Positions 51,829 to 61,864 of a stretch of 64,000 bases of DNA are shown here, in pieces. The notes under the pieces are model-generated. The model saw only the letters and a program-made list of their open reading frames with translations. It was not told the DNA's origin and did not search any database. This DNA comes from an uncultured Candidatus Saccharibacteria bacterium. GTDB taxonomy: Bacteria > Patescibacteriota > Saccharimonadia > Saccharimonadales > Saccharimonadaceae. A program made the position numbers and the translations under genes. Where the stretch lies: assembly GCA_963552615.1 (NCBI GenBank), contig CAUVKG010000003.1, forward strand, positions 15,163-79,162. The letters run 5' to 3'. Every line of letters starts with the position of its first letter. Positions within the stretch are counted from its first letter, which is position 1.

Positions 51829-53843
51829 TCAAGACTCTAAACGCTATCCGTCTCGCCAAAGCAAAGTTTCACACTAAGCGCCGACTGACCATTCTGTCGC
51901 TGATTACCTCAGGGTTACTCTTCGGCGTACTGATAGCCACGATTATCATCGCTAACGGGGTCATCACCAGCCTGGATCATTTCATCAAGGAGATAGGCGG
52001 TAAGCGCTATCAGGTCGCCATCAATGCCAACATCCCGTTCAATAAGATTACCGACAAGTTCAACAATCCATCTCACCGGACCATCGACGAGGTCAGAAGC
52101 TTCGAGACCCAATATCGGGCTGCCAAGAGTAAGCAATATCAGGCGCAAGGGCTAAAGTATGACCCCAGCGAAGATGCGCCGGCACTTAAGTTTGACGAAT
52201 TCAGCAACAAGAGTGAACCGGCTAAGTACCAAGTCACTATTGACCGTAGCTCAAGCATCACCAAGCAATTATTTAGTCAAGAATATGAGCGATGGGCCAA
52301 GTCAGCCACTAATAAGACAGCCAATCTAGTTGCCACCGCCAAGAAGTATGGCTCCACCGGCTATTACCCCAGCCCCAACGGTGACTTAATCTACAAATTT
52401 ATCGACACCAAGCTAGTCATGGATGGTAAGGAAGAGCTCAAAGATTGGGTAGATAGCAAGCTTATCTACGACGACAACCCGATTAGCTCCGCCCACTACA
52501 TCGGCGCCGCCGGTAAGCTGACAGACAAATATATCACTTATCATGGTCGGCTCAAGGGTGTCCCGGTAGTCATCCCCGCCGCTCACTTAGCTAAGAAATT
52601 TGCCGGCCGGCTTGGTGTCAGCCCGCAGCCACCCGCTGACGATCAGGCTAGGGTAGACTGGCTCAAACAGATCAAGACTAAAGCGAGCGGCTTCACTTAT
52701 CAGATCTGCCATCGCAACAAAGTCGAGCAGGACATCTTGACTAAGATTCAGCAGGCGAGAAATGAGCTAGCCGGTACTGATTCCAAGGATTCTAATGGTA
52801 GTAATGCCAATAAATCGAAGACCGCCTGGGTGCCGACCGATGGGGCGGGGCTATATTATCGTCTACCGACCACACCTTGTGGTGATATCACCATCATTGC
52901 CGATAAGCGCACCGCCGAACAGAAAGCAGAGCAAGACAAGCAAAATCTGCTCAAACAGCGCCAAGGCGAGCCAATCTTGCCGTACCACCAGCTCATCACC
53001 ATGCAAGTTGTGGGCGTGTCTAACGAGTCGAACGCACAGGACGACAACGGCAAGGATCTTATCGGTATCGGCAAGTCAATCTTGGCTGCTCGTCCATTCT
53101 TCCATAACATGGCGCTCATCCCGGTCAATCTTTATAGCCGCCTGCCGACCAAGCAGAAGCTTGACAATATCGTCGGCGAAAAACCCGATATACTTGACAC
53201 TCTGGACTTACCCGACCGGCTTGCCAAGCAATTTCCCTACGGACTACTGGAGTTTGCTACTGCTCAGCAGGCTCATCGGTTCATGACCGAACAAACCACG
53301 ACTGAGCAAAGGGCTAGCGACAGTAGCAAGCCCTATGTAGCGGAGCAATACGGTGTCAACTTCCTGGTGCTTGACGAGCTGGCGAGACAGCTCAGGCAGA
53401 CCATCACCATCGTCGCTGCTGTCATCGCCGGGCTGGCTATCATCATCATCTGGACTACCATCTCTCGAATCATCTCCGAGAGTCGACAAGAGACCGCCGT
53501 CTATCGGGCTATCGGCGCCAAGCGCCGAGATATCACCCTGATATACCTGGTGTATGCCCTGATGCTGGCTATCTTAACCATCATCATCGCCGGGATTATC
53601 GGTATGGGCATATCGGTCGCCATTGACCAAGTCTTCGCCCCGAAGCTTACCGCCATCGCTCGGTCGTCAGTCAGCATCATCGGCGGGTCATCACAGATCA
53701 AGCTATTTGTCATCGATGAATCAGCCTTGGCTCAGTTGGCACTCGTCAATCTCAGCGTCATCGTAGTGGCGCTAATCGCCAGCATCCAGCCGATCATCAG
53801 CAACACCCATCGCCCACCCGCCAGCGACCTCAGGGCAGAGTAG
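51825..53843 (+). CDS. FtsX-type ABC permease with a very large (~480-aa) extracytoplasmic domain
   Basis: 4-nt overlap with the ATPase. TM1 near the N-terminus, three TMs in the last ~130 aa, YRAIGAKRRDI motif. Confidence 0.75.
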   Translation: MIKTLNAIRLAKAKFHTKRRLTILSLITSGLLFGVLIATIIIANGVITSLDHFIKEIGGKRYQVAINANIPFNKITDKFNNPSHRTIDEVRSFETQYRAAKSKQYQAQGLKYDPSEDAPALKFDEFSNKSEPAKYQVTIDRSSSITKQLFSQEYERWAKSATNKTANLVATAKKYGSTGYYPSPNGDLIYKFIDTKLVMDGKEELKDWVDSKLIYDDNPISSAHYIGAAGKLTDKYITYHGRLKGVPVVIPAAHLAKKFAGRLGVSPQPPADDQARVDWLKQIKTKASGFTYQICHRNKVEQDILTKIQQARNELAGTDSKDSNGSNANKSKTAWVPTDGAGLYYRLPTTPCGDITIIADKRTAEQKAEQDKQNLLKQRQGEPILPYHQLITMQVVGVSNESNAQDDNGKDLIGIGKSILAARPFFHNMALIPVNLYSRLPTKQKLDNIVGEKPDILDTLDLPDRLAKQFPYGLLEFATAQQAHRFMTEQTTTEQRASDSSKPYVAEQYGVNFLVLDELARQLRQTITIVAAVIAGLAIIIIWTTISRIISESRQETAVYRAIGAKRRDITLIYLVYALMLAILTIIIAGIIGMGISVAIDQVFAPKLTAIARSSVSIIGGSSQIKLFVIDESALAQLALVNLSVIVVALIASIQPIISNTHRPPASDLRAE

Positions 53844-53895
53844 GGCAAGTGGTCAAATAAGACTTAGCCAGGCAATAGCTATAAACCGCCTGGCG

Positions 53896-53904
53896 TGGTA
53901 GAAT
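53896..53904 (+). promoter_or_regulatory. Extended -10 TGgTAGAAT 9 nt upstream of ATG 53914
   Basis: Read directly. Confidence 0.35.
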
Positions 53905-53913
53905 CAGACTATT

Positions 53914-54540
53914 ATGACAAGGGGAAGAAAGAAGAAACTGCAACAACACGTTCGCACGAGCATCGTCGCCCGAACTATCTACCGCATTATCTGCGTCACG
54001 CTAGTAGTCGTCGGTGTCTTTGGGCTATACCAGGCTCTTACCATCGCCGACGACTACGTCGCCTACACTAAGCGTACCACCACCACCAAGGCAACCATCC
54101 GAGGAGTGAGGCGCACGACTGACCGCTACGGCAATGAGAGCTGTCGAGTAAAGTACGACTTCAAGCTTGGCGACAAAGAGTACAGTAGCAAGACTGGTTG
54201 GCAACCGGCTATTAATTACGCCGGCTGCTACATCAAGACTGCTGACGAGGCAGCAGGGCAATCACAGCCGGGCAAGTACCGTGAAGTCAGTCAGGTTAAG
54301 CAAGCCACCATTCGCTACGATAAGCTCAACCCGACTAACAACTCCTATGGTGATAATCAAAAAGATGAAGAGTGGCTACTCTTCATCGCTATTGCCACAG
54401 CTATCATTAGTGCTTTACCGCTGGGTATCGGCTTCGTTGGACTGGTCGCTATCCATCGAGCTCTCGAGATTGAAGAGGATGCTCTAGAGGAGGACCAGCG
54501 AGCCGCTCGCAAGCAGAAAGCGAAGTCAGAGAGGGATTAG
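53914..54540 (+). CDS. DUF3592-like two-TM membrane protein (paralog 1)
   Basis: TM, then beta-rich domain (ATIRGVRR...CRVKYDFKLGDKEYSS...ATIRYDKLNPTNN), TM, charged tail. Confidence 0.55.
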   Translation: MTRGRKKKLQQHVRTSIVARTIYRIICVTLVVVGVFGLYQALTIADDYVAYTKRTTTTKATIRGVRRTTDRYGNESCRVKYDFKLGDKEYSSKTGWQPAINYAGCYIKTADEAAGQSQPGKYREVSQVKQATIRYDKLNPTNNSYGDNQKDEEWLLFIAIATAIISALPLGIGFVGLVAIHRALEIEEDALEEDQRAARKQKAKSERD

Positions 54541-54543
54541 TCC

Positions 54544-55263
54544 GTGACGCACAGCACCAGCCGTCGTCTCATCGGGATAATGTTTCGTCCCGCTTGCCAG
54601 ATCTTGATCTTGATCGGGCTAGCTACCTTACTGCTGTCTATCGTCACCATCTGGCAGTACCAAGCCTCGACCAGACGCACCAAGGAGACACATGCCCGGG
54701 TAATCAGCGTAAATAAGATAACCGGCATCGGTAACGACGAACGTGGTCGCAATAATCAGGCTTGCCAGGTAGATTATCGCTTTCGGATCAAAGGCGACGA
54801 GTACACCGCCATCCTAGGCTATCGCGGCGAACCGACCACCGATAAATGCCGCCTCCACAATGGACAGTCAGTCAAGGTCAAGTACGACCCGAATCACCCC
54901 GCTAATAATGCCTATCTGCCCGACCACCAGAACTCGGGCAAAAAGACGCTCCGCCAGACTATCTTTGCCTCCGGTAGTATCGCCGCAACCGGTATCGTAC
55001 CCATCATTATCGGGGTGGTCGGGCTACGCATCGCCAAGCACCGCCATACAGAGCGTTGGCTCAGTCGCATCTCAGCCAGCCACGGTGAAGACGAAGAGCC
55101 TAAACCGCAAGCAGATACTACCGACCAAGCAGCGTGCGACGCCGAGCCGACCGACCAGACAGGAACAGAAGCTACTAAACCGAAGATCGGCAAGGCTAAG
55201 AGAATTGCTAAGACTACACCAAAATCCGGCGGTAAATCATCAAATAAGAAGAAAAGCACCTAG
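54544..55263 (+). CDS. DUF3592-like two-TM membrane protein (paralog 2, GTG start, Lys-rich tail)
   Basis: Same layout: ARVISVNK...CQVDYRFRIKGDEYTA...VKVKYDPNHPANN. Confidence 0.55.
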   Translation: MTHSTSRRLIGIMFRPACQILILIGLATLLLSIVTIWQYQASTRRTKETHARVISVNKITGIGNDERGRNNQACQVDYRFRIKGDEYTAILGYRGEPTTDKCRLHNGQSVKVKYDPNHPANNAYLPDHQNSGKKTLRQTIFASGSIAATGIVPIIIGVVGLRIAKHRHTERWLSRISASHGEDEEPKPQADTTDQAACDAEPTDQTGTEATKPKIGKAKRIAKTTPKSGGKSSNKKKST

Positions 55264-55748
55264 CTAGTCTGTAAGCGCCGATAGCTAAATTTGACGCTAG
55301 GCCGCCAGCTACCCACCGCCGTGGGGTCGTATTGCTTGATCACACCGCAGGTCACTTCTCCTATTTGTACTAGAGCGGGGCAGTAGGGCGCCATCGTCTT
55401 GTAGTAAAAGAGGTCTTCGCTGGTCACCACCATTCTACCCGGAAACATAGCGTTGAACTTGTCTCTAGCGACGGTGTCGAAATATGCTTCGTCATCATGG
55501 GGCGGCAGGTACTTCAGTGCTTTTAAGCCCATCCGGCTAATGATTTTGCGGGCGTCTCGCAAGGTTAGACGCATCGGCGAATCAATGAAGCAGTACAGCT
55601 GATGCTTTTCGCTCAGAAAGACTGTTGCCACAGCACTACGGCCGGCTGGTATCTGCCGGACGATGATCGACTGAATCTTAGTATCCAGCTTGAACTCCTC
55701 ATAGATACGGCGCTCTAAGCTAACTTCATCGTACAGCTGATCATTCAT
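55260..55748 (-). CDS. Hypothetical protein (162 aa)
   Basis: ORF track only. Convergent 4-nt overlap with the preceding gene. Confidence 0.5.
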   Translation of the reverse strand: MNDQLYDEVSLERRIYEEFKLDTKIQSIIVRQIPAGRSAVATVFLSEKHQLYCFIDSPMRLTLRDARKIISRMGLKALKYLPPHDDEAYFDTVARDKFNAMFPGRMVVTSEDLFYYKTMAPYCPALVQIGEVTCGVIKQYDPTAVGSWRPSVKFSYRRLQTS

Positions 55749-55960
55749 AACTACCGTAATTTTAACATATCCGGCGCTGACATATGGTGTTATTATTGTT
55801 ATGGGTAGTGCTGTCTGTTTGGTCTTTCATGATACTACAAACATGGCACTACTCGTTTTGCTTGGAGATTTGGCAGGGTCATGCGATAAAGCCAATAAAT
55901 ATATCGCTGGATTTAGAAAAGTATGTAATTACATTCAACAAAATAACGGAGGACTATTAC

Positions 55961-56482
55961 GTGGAAACTGAACTAGAGCTAACTTATCTGGTTAAATCAA
56001 TACCGAAAGAGATCGCCAGTGTATCACCCAGCCATCTGCTAGATATCTACATTCCTGATACCCCGGGTCATGCTCATTTGCGTTTACGCCGGCAAGATGA
56101 CCATTGCGAGATAACCAAGAAGACGCCCATCAAGGATGGCGACGCCTCGGCTCAAGTAGAGCAGACCATTAGCCTAAGCAAAGATGAATTCGAGGCACTT
56201 GCTGTAGCTAGCCAAAAGAGAGTTGCTAAGGATCGGTATAAGATGCAGATTAGCGGTAGTAAAGCCGAGCTTGACGTTTTTACCGGCAAGTTAGCCGGGC
56301 TTGTGCTAATTGATTTCGAATTTGATTCGCTTGACGCCAAGGCGTCGTTTACTCCGCCCGACTTTATCTTGGCAGATGTTACTCAAGAAGACTTTATCGC
56401 CGGCGGTTTGCTGGCCGGCAAGGGTTATGAAGATATCGCCCCCGAGCTGGCTAGATTTGGCCATCAGCGCCTGCATATGTAG
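55961..56482 (+). CDS. CYTH-domain (triphosphate tunnel metalloenzyme) protein
   Basis: GGAGG 55948-55952 then GTG 55961. N-terminal ExExK-like VETELELTYLV, later LRLRR, EITKK, ELDVF, LIDFEF strands. The upstream 59 codons of the track ORF were rejected. Confidence 0.55.
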   Translation: METELELTYLVKSIPKEIASVSPSHLLDIYIPDTPGHAHLRLRRQDDHCEITKKTPIKDGDASAQVEQTISLSKDEFEALAVASQKRVAKDRYKMQISGSKAELDVFTGKLAGLVLIDFEFDSLDAKASFTPPDFILADVTQEDFIAGGLLAGKGYEDIAPELARFGHQRLHM

Positions 56483-56770
56483 CAATCGTTTTATCTTCTT
56501 TGCGTACAACAGCTTGCGCTATAGGGTAGCCATCCTTATTGGATAGCCCAAACTGGCTGGCAGCTAGCAGGTAAGCAACCTTATACTATCAGACAATTGC
56601 AACGTATGATTGCCTGTTAGCGCCAGCAATACTTAAGCCGTCAAAGCACACTAACTCAGAGCAGTTAAGGCATTAATGTAGAAAGTGTATTTGCAGCCGC
56701 ACCGCTTTATGCTATAAATAAATCTGTCTTAAACAATCAATGGTAGCAATACCACTCAAGAAAGAACATT

Positions 56771-57430
56771 ATGACAGAAAGACCATCATTTATTGTTACC
56801 GGCGCAAGCGCCTCGGACAGTAAAGAGGTGTTTGTGGCGACCGGTAATGCTTCAAAGCTAAACGACTATCAGATTTACCTGGGCGACGAATATAAACTAA
56901 CATCGCCAAAATCAGCCAACATCAAAATTGAAATCCCCGAAGGTATTGATTCAATTAAGGATAATGCTATCGCTAAAGCTAGGGCGTATGCCATCAGGAC
57001 AGGCAAGATATCAATCGGCGATGACACCGGTTTCTTCATCAAAGAATTAAATGGCGAACCGGGAGTAGCGTTACGACGATGGGGCGGTGAGCTACCGGAA
57101 AGCACTAGTAATGAAGTATTTTGGAAGTTCCTGCAGAAAAAGACCAAGAATCTAAAGAACTATGATTGCTACTTCAAACAATGTGTTGCCATAGTCGCAC
57201 CAAACGGAGCTTATGAAATCGTTTATAACGTAAATAATGGATTCCTCAATAAGGACAAATTACAACGTCCATACAACAACTCCGGGTATCCTATTGGAGC
57301 GGCCTTTGAGTCATATAACCGCAATAAGACATGGGATGAGATGACCGATAGCGAGAAAAAAGAATTCGACAAGCAATTTATAAACGAGTTAAAAGAAAAA
57401 ATTAATCGTGTCATGAAACAATCTAGCTAG
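56771..57430 (+). CDS. Ham1/RdgB-family non-canonical purine NTP pyrophosphatase-like protein
   Basis: VFVATGNASKLNDY and GDDTGFFIKELNGEPGV match the ATGNxxK / DSGLxVxxLxGxPG motifs. The gene is visibly AT-richer than its surroundings. Confidence 0.65.
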   Translation: MTERPSFIVTGASASDSKEVFVATGNASKLNDYQIYLGDEYKLTSPKSANIKIEIPEGIDSIKDNAIAKARAYAIRTGKISIGDDTGFFIKELNGEPGVALRRWGGELPESTSNEVFWKFLQKKTKNLKNYDCYFKQCVAIVAPNGAYEIVYNVNNGFLNKDKLQRPYNNSGYPIGAAFESYNRNKTWDEMTDSEKKEFDKQFINELKEKINRVMKQSS

Positions 57431-57480
57431 CTGTTCAGAAAAGCCGCTCATGTAGTCCAATAAAACCACCCGGGATAGGG

Positions 57481-57486
57481 TAGAAT
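57481..57486 (+). promoter_or_regulatory. -10 TAGAAT 6 nt upstream of ATG 57493 (leaderless-type)
   Basis: Read directly. Confidence 0.35.
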
Positions 57487-57492
57487 ATAGTC

Positions 57493-60400
57493 ATGGATTA
57501 TGAAGCTGAGTTTAGCAGGCGTCTCAAAGGATTAAATGCCCAGCAGCGGCAAGCTGTCGATATTATCAGCGGCCCCTTGATGGTGGTGGCCGGACCGGGC
57601 ACCGGCAAGACTGAGCTTCTCGCCGTGCGGGCAGCCAATATCCTACATCAGACCGACGCCGACCCGTCAAACATTCTCTGCTTGACCTTCACCGACTCCG
57701 GCTCGGCTAATATGGTGAAACGCCTGGCTCAGATCATCGGCTCGACGGCTTATCAGGTAGAGATCCAAACTTTTCATAGCTTCGGCTCGACAATTATCGG
57801 GCGCTTTGGCGAGTATTTTTACAGCGGCGCCAATTATCAGCCAGCCGATCAGCTAACTCAGGCCGAGATTCTGACTGAAATCATAGCCGGGCTCAGCTAC
57901 GACAACCCCCTGGCCACGCTCAACCCTAGCGGTCAGCCAATCTATCTAAAGACTATACAGAAGCTCATCGGCGACTTTAAGAACTCGGGGCTGACCCCGG
58001 ATCAGCTGGAAGAGCTGGTTAAGCAAGATCTGGACTTTAGTACCGATATAGAGCCCACCATCAACGAAGTATTTACTAAGAGTATCAGCAAGAAAACTAT
58101 TTCTAAGTGTGATGACCTCCTGGTCGAGCTGCGACGACTCGCCACACAGACCCCGCCGTTAGCCCAGGCTATTACTCCGACCCTAGCTCAGATCATGGCT
58201 AATGACTTAGCAGAGGCTTACACTACAGCTAGTGAAGACGACAGCACCAAGCCAATCACCGCCTTCAAGAACCGCTGGGTCGGTAATAGTGACAACGGCG
58301 CTAAGACACTCAAAATCACCGAGCATTGTCGTAAGCTTAAGCTTGCCCTGGACATCTATCGTCAGTACTTGATTAAGATGGACGAGTGCCAACTATACGA
58401 CTTTAACGACATGATCCTCCGGGTGATTCAAGCGATCACTGAGCATCCCGGGCTAAAGGCCACCCTACAGGAGCAGTACCAGTATGTCATGGTCGACGAA
58501 TTTCAGGATACCAACGAAGCGCAGATGCGCCTGCTTCATCTACTGACTGACTATGACGATCAGCCTAATCTGATGGTGGTGGGTGACGACGACCAGGCCA
58601 TCTATCGCTTCCAGGGGGCAGACATCGGCAATATTCAGACCTTTACTCGCCGTTACCCCAAGCTGCGCCAGGTCAACCTGCAGACTAATTATCGTAGCGG
58701 TACCGCCATTATCAAGCTGGCAGAGCAGGTAGCCGGCGATATCACCGAGCGCCTAACTAATGCCGACGGCACGCCCAAGCAGCTGGTGGCTCACCATAGC
58801 GACTACAAGTGCCGGATTGATTGGGCGGTTGCCACCAACCAGGCCGGTGAATTTAGCCATGTTGCCGACAGAATCAAACAAGCAATTGATCAGGGGGTGA
58901 AGCCGGCTCAGATCGCCGTCATCGCTCGTCGCCACAAGAGCCTGGTTCAGCTGACCGACTTTCTGACCGCTCTCAATATTCCTTTTACCTACCAGCACCA
59001 GCAAAATGTCTTTGATTCCGAGCTGATCAAGCTGCTGCTTAACTTAGCCCGAGCGGTAGTTTGCATCGCTCACAACAATATCACCGATGCTAATGCTTAT
59101 CTGCCACATATTATTGCCAGCCCGGCTTTCGGCATCAGCGGGGAAGAGTTTTATCAGATCAGCCTGGACACCGAGGCGCAGTGGGGTAATTGGTTTAAGG
59201 CTATCGCTAAGCGTCAGCCCCGCCTAATTAGCTGGCTCAAAGAGCAGGCGCAACGCTCACTAGATAGCCCCTTAGAGGTAATGTGTGCCGAGCTGATGGG
59301 GATTACCGGACTACCGAACGACGAAGACGATAGAGAAGTAGACCAGCCGGACGACCCGGTATCTTCAGTCGGAGAAGAGTATCGCTCGCCAATTTACCGG
59401 TATTATTTCGGAGCAGATAAGCTAGTCCAAGATAGCCTAGCTTACTTAAACTTCCTCGGCGACTATACCACCCTGAGCCAAGCCCTGGAACAGTACCAGC
59501 CTGACCGCAAAAATACTTTGAGCGACTTGCTGAAATTTGCCGACAGATATCAGGCGCTTAACGAGAGCCTCAGCTCAGTCACCACTTACGGTACTGCCGA
59601 AGGTGTCCAGCTAATGACCGCCCACAAAGCCAAGGGGCTGGAATTCGACACTGTCTACCTGATAGACGCCGAGAGTGAGGAGTGGGGAAGTAAGTGTAGA
59701 GAGAAAAATGCCATGATCAAGCTGCCACCTAATCTACCTCTAGATAATGCCGGCACTACCGACGACGAAAAGCGCCGTCTATTCTTCGTCGCCATCACCA
59801 GAGCCATGCGCCAGCTTCATCTATCATCGCACTCCGGCCAGGGCAGTAAGGAGCTGAATCAGCTGGAATACGCCCTGGACTACATCCCGGCGACCAGCCT
59901 AGATGAGCCAGATGCACCCGAAGCTACCAAGGAGCTAGCCACTAGTGCTTTTAGCTTCCTCTTAGACAGTAGTCTCGACCGAAAGTCGCTCCTAGCCGAC
60001 CGATTGAGCAGCTACTCCTTGTCAGCCAGCGACCTGAACGCCTTTACCGACTTGACTTATGGCGGTCCGGAGCGGTTCTTGCTCGACCGGCTCCTGCGCC
60101 TACCCGGAGTTCAGACCGTCAACCAGCTGTTCGGCACCGCCATCCATGCCGTCATGCAGAGTCTGCACAACTACGCCGGCAGCGAAGACCACCCCGGCAA
60201 GATGCCACCGATCGAGCAGACCTATCAAGTCTTTCAAACTAGCTTCCGCACCACCAGCTTAGACGAAGCCACTGCCCGGAAATGGTCAGCCAAAGGTCGA
60301 GCGATAATAGACGCCTACTATGAAAAACGCTCCGAGAGTTTTCGCCCTAATCAGCGAGCCGAGCTCAGACTGGAGGCGACTATCTCCGACGGTGTGAGAC

Positions 60401-60813
60401 TAAACGGCAAGCTGGATGCCGTCGAATTAGATAGCCACAAACGCCAGGCTATCATCACCGATTACAAGACCGGCAAGTCTTTCCCCGGCTTCAGCTCGAT
60501 CAATAAAGATAGCATCCATGCCTATGCTAACCAGCTAATGTTTTACAAATTACTCTTTGAAAGCTCGAATCAGTATCACGACTGGCAAGTCACCGAAGGG
60601 GTAATCGAATTCGTCGTACCCGACCCTAAGACCGGACAATTGATCGCACCGGTATTTGACTACGGCCGGCTAGCCGACATGGCAGAATTCACCAAGCTAG
60701 TTCAAGCGGTCTATAGGAGAATCATTAATCTCGACTTCCCGGATGTCAGCCAGTTCGCCCGGTCGCTAACCGGCACTAAACAGTTCGAAAGGTGGCTGAT
60801 TGAACACGATTAA
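57493..60813 (+). CDS. UvrD/Rep-superfamily helicase fused to a C-terminal PD-(D/E)xK nuclease (AddA/PcrA-like)
   Basis: AGPGTGKT, VDEFQDTN, GDDDQAIYRFQGA, NYRS, TAHKAKGLEFD, RRLFFVAITRA. Nuclease motifs GKLDAVEL...ITDYKTGK. Confidence 0.85.
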   Translation: MDYEAEFSRRLKGLNAQQRQAVDIISGPLMVVAGPGTGKTELLAVRAANILHQTDADPSNILCLTFTDSGSANMVKRLAQIIGSTAYQVEIQTFHSFGSTIIGRFGEYFYSGANYQPADQLTQAEILTEIIAGLSYDNPLATLNPSGQPIYLKTIQKLIGDFKNSGLTPDQLEELVKQDLDFSTDIEPTINEVFTKSISKKTISKCDDLLVELRRLATQTPPLAQAITPTLAQIMANDLAEAYTTASEDDSTKPITAFKNRWVGNSDNGAKTLKITEHCRKLKLALDIYRQYLIKMDECQLYDFNDMILRVIQAITEHPGLKATLQEQYQYVMVDEFQDTNEAQMRLLHLLTDYDDQPNLMVVGDDDQAIYRFQGADIGNIQTFTRRYPKLRQVNLQTNYRSGTAIIKLAEQVAGDITERLTNADGTPKQLVAHHSDYKCRIDWAVATNQAGEFSHVADRIKQAIDQGVKPAQIAVIARRHKSLVQLTDFLTALNIPFTYQHQQNVFDSELIKLLLNLARAVVCIAHNNITDANAYLPHIIASPAFGISGEEFYQISLDTEAQWGNWFKAIAKRQPRLISWLKEQAQRSLDSPLEVMCAELMGITGLPNDEDDREVDQPDDPVSSVGEEYRSPIYRYYFGADKLVQDSLAYLNFLGDYTTLSQALEQYQPDRKNTLSDLLKFADRYQALNESLSSVTTYGTAEGVQLMTAHKAKGLEFDTVYLIDAESEEWGSKCREKNAMIKLPPNLPLDNAGTTDDEKRRLFFVAITRAMRQLHLSSHSGQGSKELNQLEYALDYIPATSLDEPDAPEATKELATSAFSFLLDSSLDRKSLLADRLSSYSLSASDLNAFTDLTYGGPERFLLDRLLRLPGVQTVNQLFGTAIHAVMQSLHNYAGSEDHPGKMPPIEQTYQVFQTSFRTTSLDEATARKWSAKGRAIIDAYYEKRSESFRPNQRAELRLEATISDGVRLNGKLDAVELDSHKRQAIITDYKTGKSFPGFSSINKDSIHAYANQLMFYKLLFESSNQYHDWQVTEGVIEFVVPDPKTGQLIAPVFDYGRLADMAEFTKLVQAVYRRIINLDFPDVSQFARSLTGTKQFERWLIEHD

Positions 60814-61792
60814 CTTCTGGGCCAAGCTACCATCACCTTTCAGTGTGCTGGCTCCGATGGAAGATGTGACCGACATCGTCTTTCGTCGTGTCGTCGCTCG
60901 GGCGGCTCGCCCCGACGTCTTCGTGACCGAGTTTACCAATACCGCCAGCTTCTGCAGCGAGCAAGGCAATTTTTCCACCGTTGGTCGCTTGGCGCACGAT
61001 GCCGGCGAAGCACCCATTGTGGCTCAGATCTGGGGAACTGAGCCAGATCACTTCGCCATCATGAGTCACGCTCTCAGAGAGCAGGGCTTTGACGGGATAG
61101 ACATTAATATGGGCTGTCCCGCTAAAGATGTAGTTAAGATCGGTGCCGGCTCAGGTATGATCGGTAATTGTCAGCTGGCCCAGCAGATTATCTCTGCTAC
61201 CAAGGAGGGCGGACTACCGGTATCAGTTAAAACTAGGCTGGGGCTAACGAGAGTAGCGGAGTACCGGGATTGGATTACCTTTTTGCTTAGCCGAGGGCTA
61301 GCCTGCCTAACAGTCCATTTGCGTACCCGCAAGGAGATGAGCAAGGTCCCGGCCCACTACGAGCTGATCTCCGAGCTGGTCAGTTTGCGAGACCGGCTAT
61401 CGCCACCGACTAGGCTGGTTATCAACGGCGATATCGCCGACTATGCCCGGATCACTGCGCTCTATCATCAGTATCCCGGCGTAGATGGCTGCATGATCGG
61501 ACGAGGCGTCTTCGCTAATCCGTTTTGCTTTGACCGCTCTGGCAGACCGCACAGCCGGTCTGAACTGCTTGATCTATTCCGCTATCACTTAGATCAGTAC
61601 GATAAATATCGCCAGATCATGCCCGCCGAGCGACCCGAGCTAGTCCGCAATTTCGACTCGCTCAAGCACTTCTTTAAGGTGTACATTCGTGATTTTGATG
61701 GCGCCGGCGACTTACGAGCGAAGCTTTACGCTTGTAGGTCTACCGACGAAATCGGACGAATACTGGCCGAAGTTCGCTATATCATAATGTAG
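60800..61792 (+). CDS. dus: tRNA-dihydrouridine synthase
   Basis: LAPMEDVTDIVFR, GFDGIDINMGCP, SVKTRLG, TVHLRT. TTG start overlaps the helicase stop. Confidence 0.85.
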   Translation: MNTINFWAKLPSPFSVLAPMEDVTDIVFRRVVARAARPDVFVTEFTNTASFCSEQGNFSTVGRLAHDAGEAPIVAQIWGTEPDHFAIMSHALREQGFDGIDINMGCPAKDVVKIGAGSGMIGNCQLAQQIISATKEGGLPVSVKTRLGLTRVAEYRDWITFLLSRGLACLTVHLRTRKEMSKVPAHYELISELVSLRDRLSPPTRLVINGDIADYARITALYHQYPGVDGCMIGRGVFANPFCFDRSGRPHSRSELLDLFRYHLDQYDKYRQIMPAERPELVRNFDSLKHFFKVYIRDFDGAGDLRAKLYACRSTDEIGRILAEVRYIIM

Positions 61793-61864
61793 AGAGGGTA
61801 CTTGAAAAATCAATAAACTAGACGTACAGTTACAGCGTGTTTGTAATATATTTTATGGAGATTT

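Noticed and set aside
54860-55267. Alternative-frame ORFs (135 aa on the + strand, 115 aa on the - strand) over the tail of the second DUF3592 gene
   Set aside because: They overlap a frame with coherent TM/domain structure. They arise from compositional bias in the charged tail region.
56483-56770. Possible small structured RNA gene (SRP RNA, RNase P, tmRNA, 6S) in the 290-nt gap
   Set aside because: I could not find any of the hallmark motifs, for example GAGGAAAGTCC, a tRNA-like T-arm with ACCA, or the SRP domain IV GGAA/AGCA pattern. It is left as unassigned non-coding sequence.
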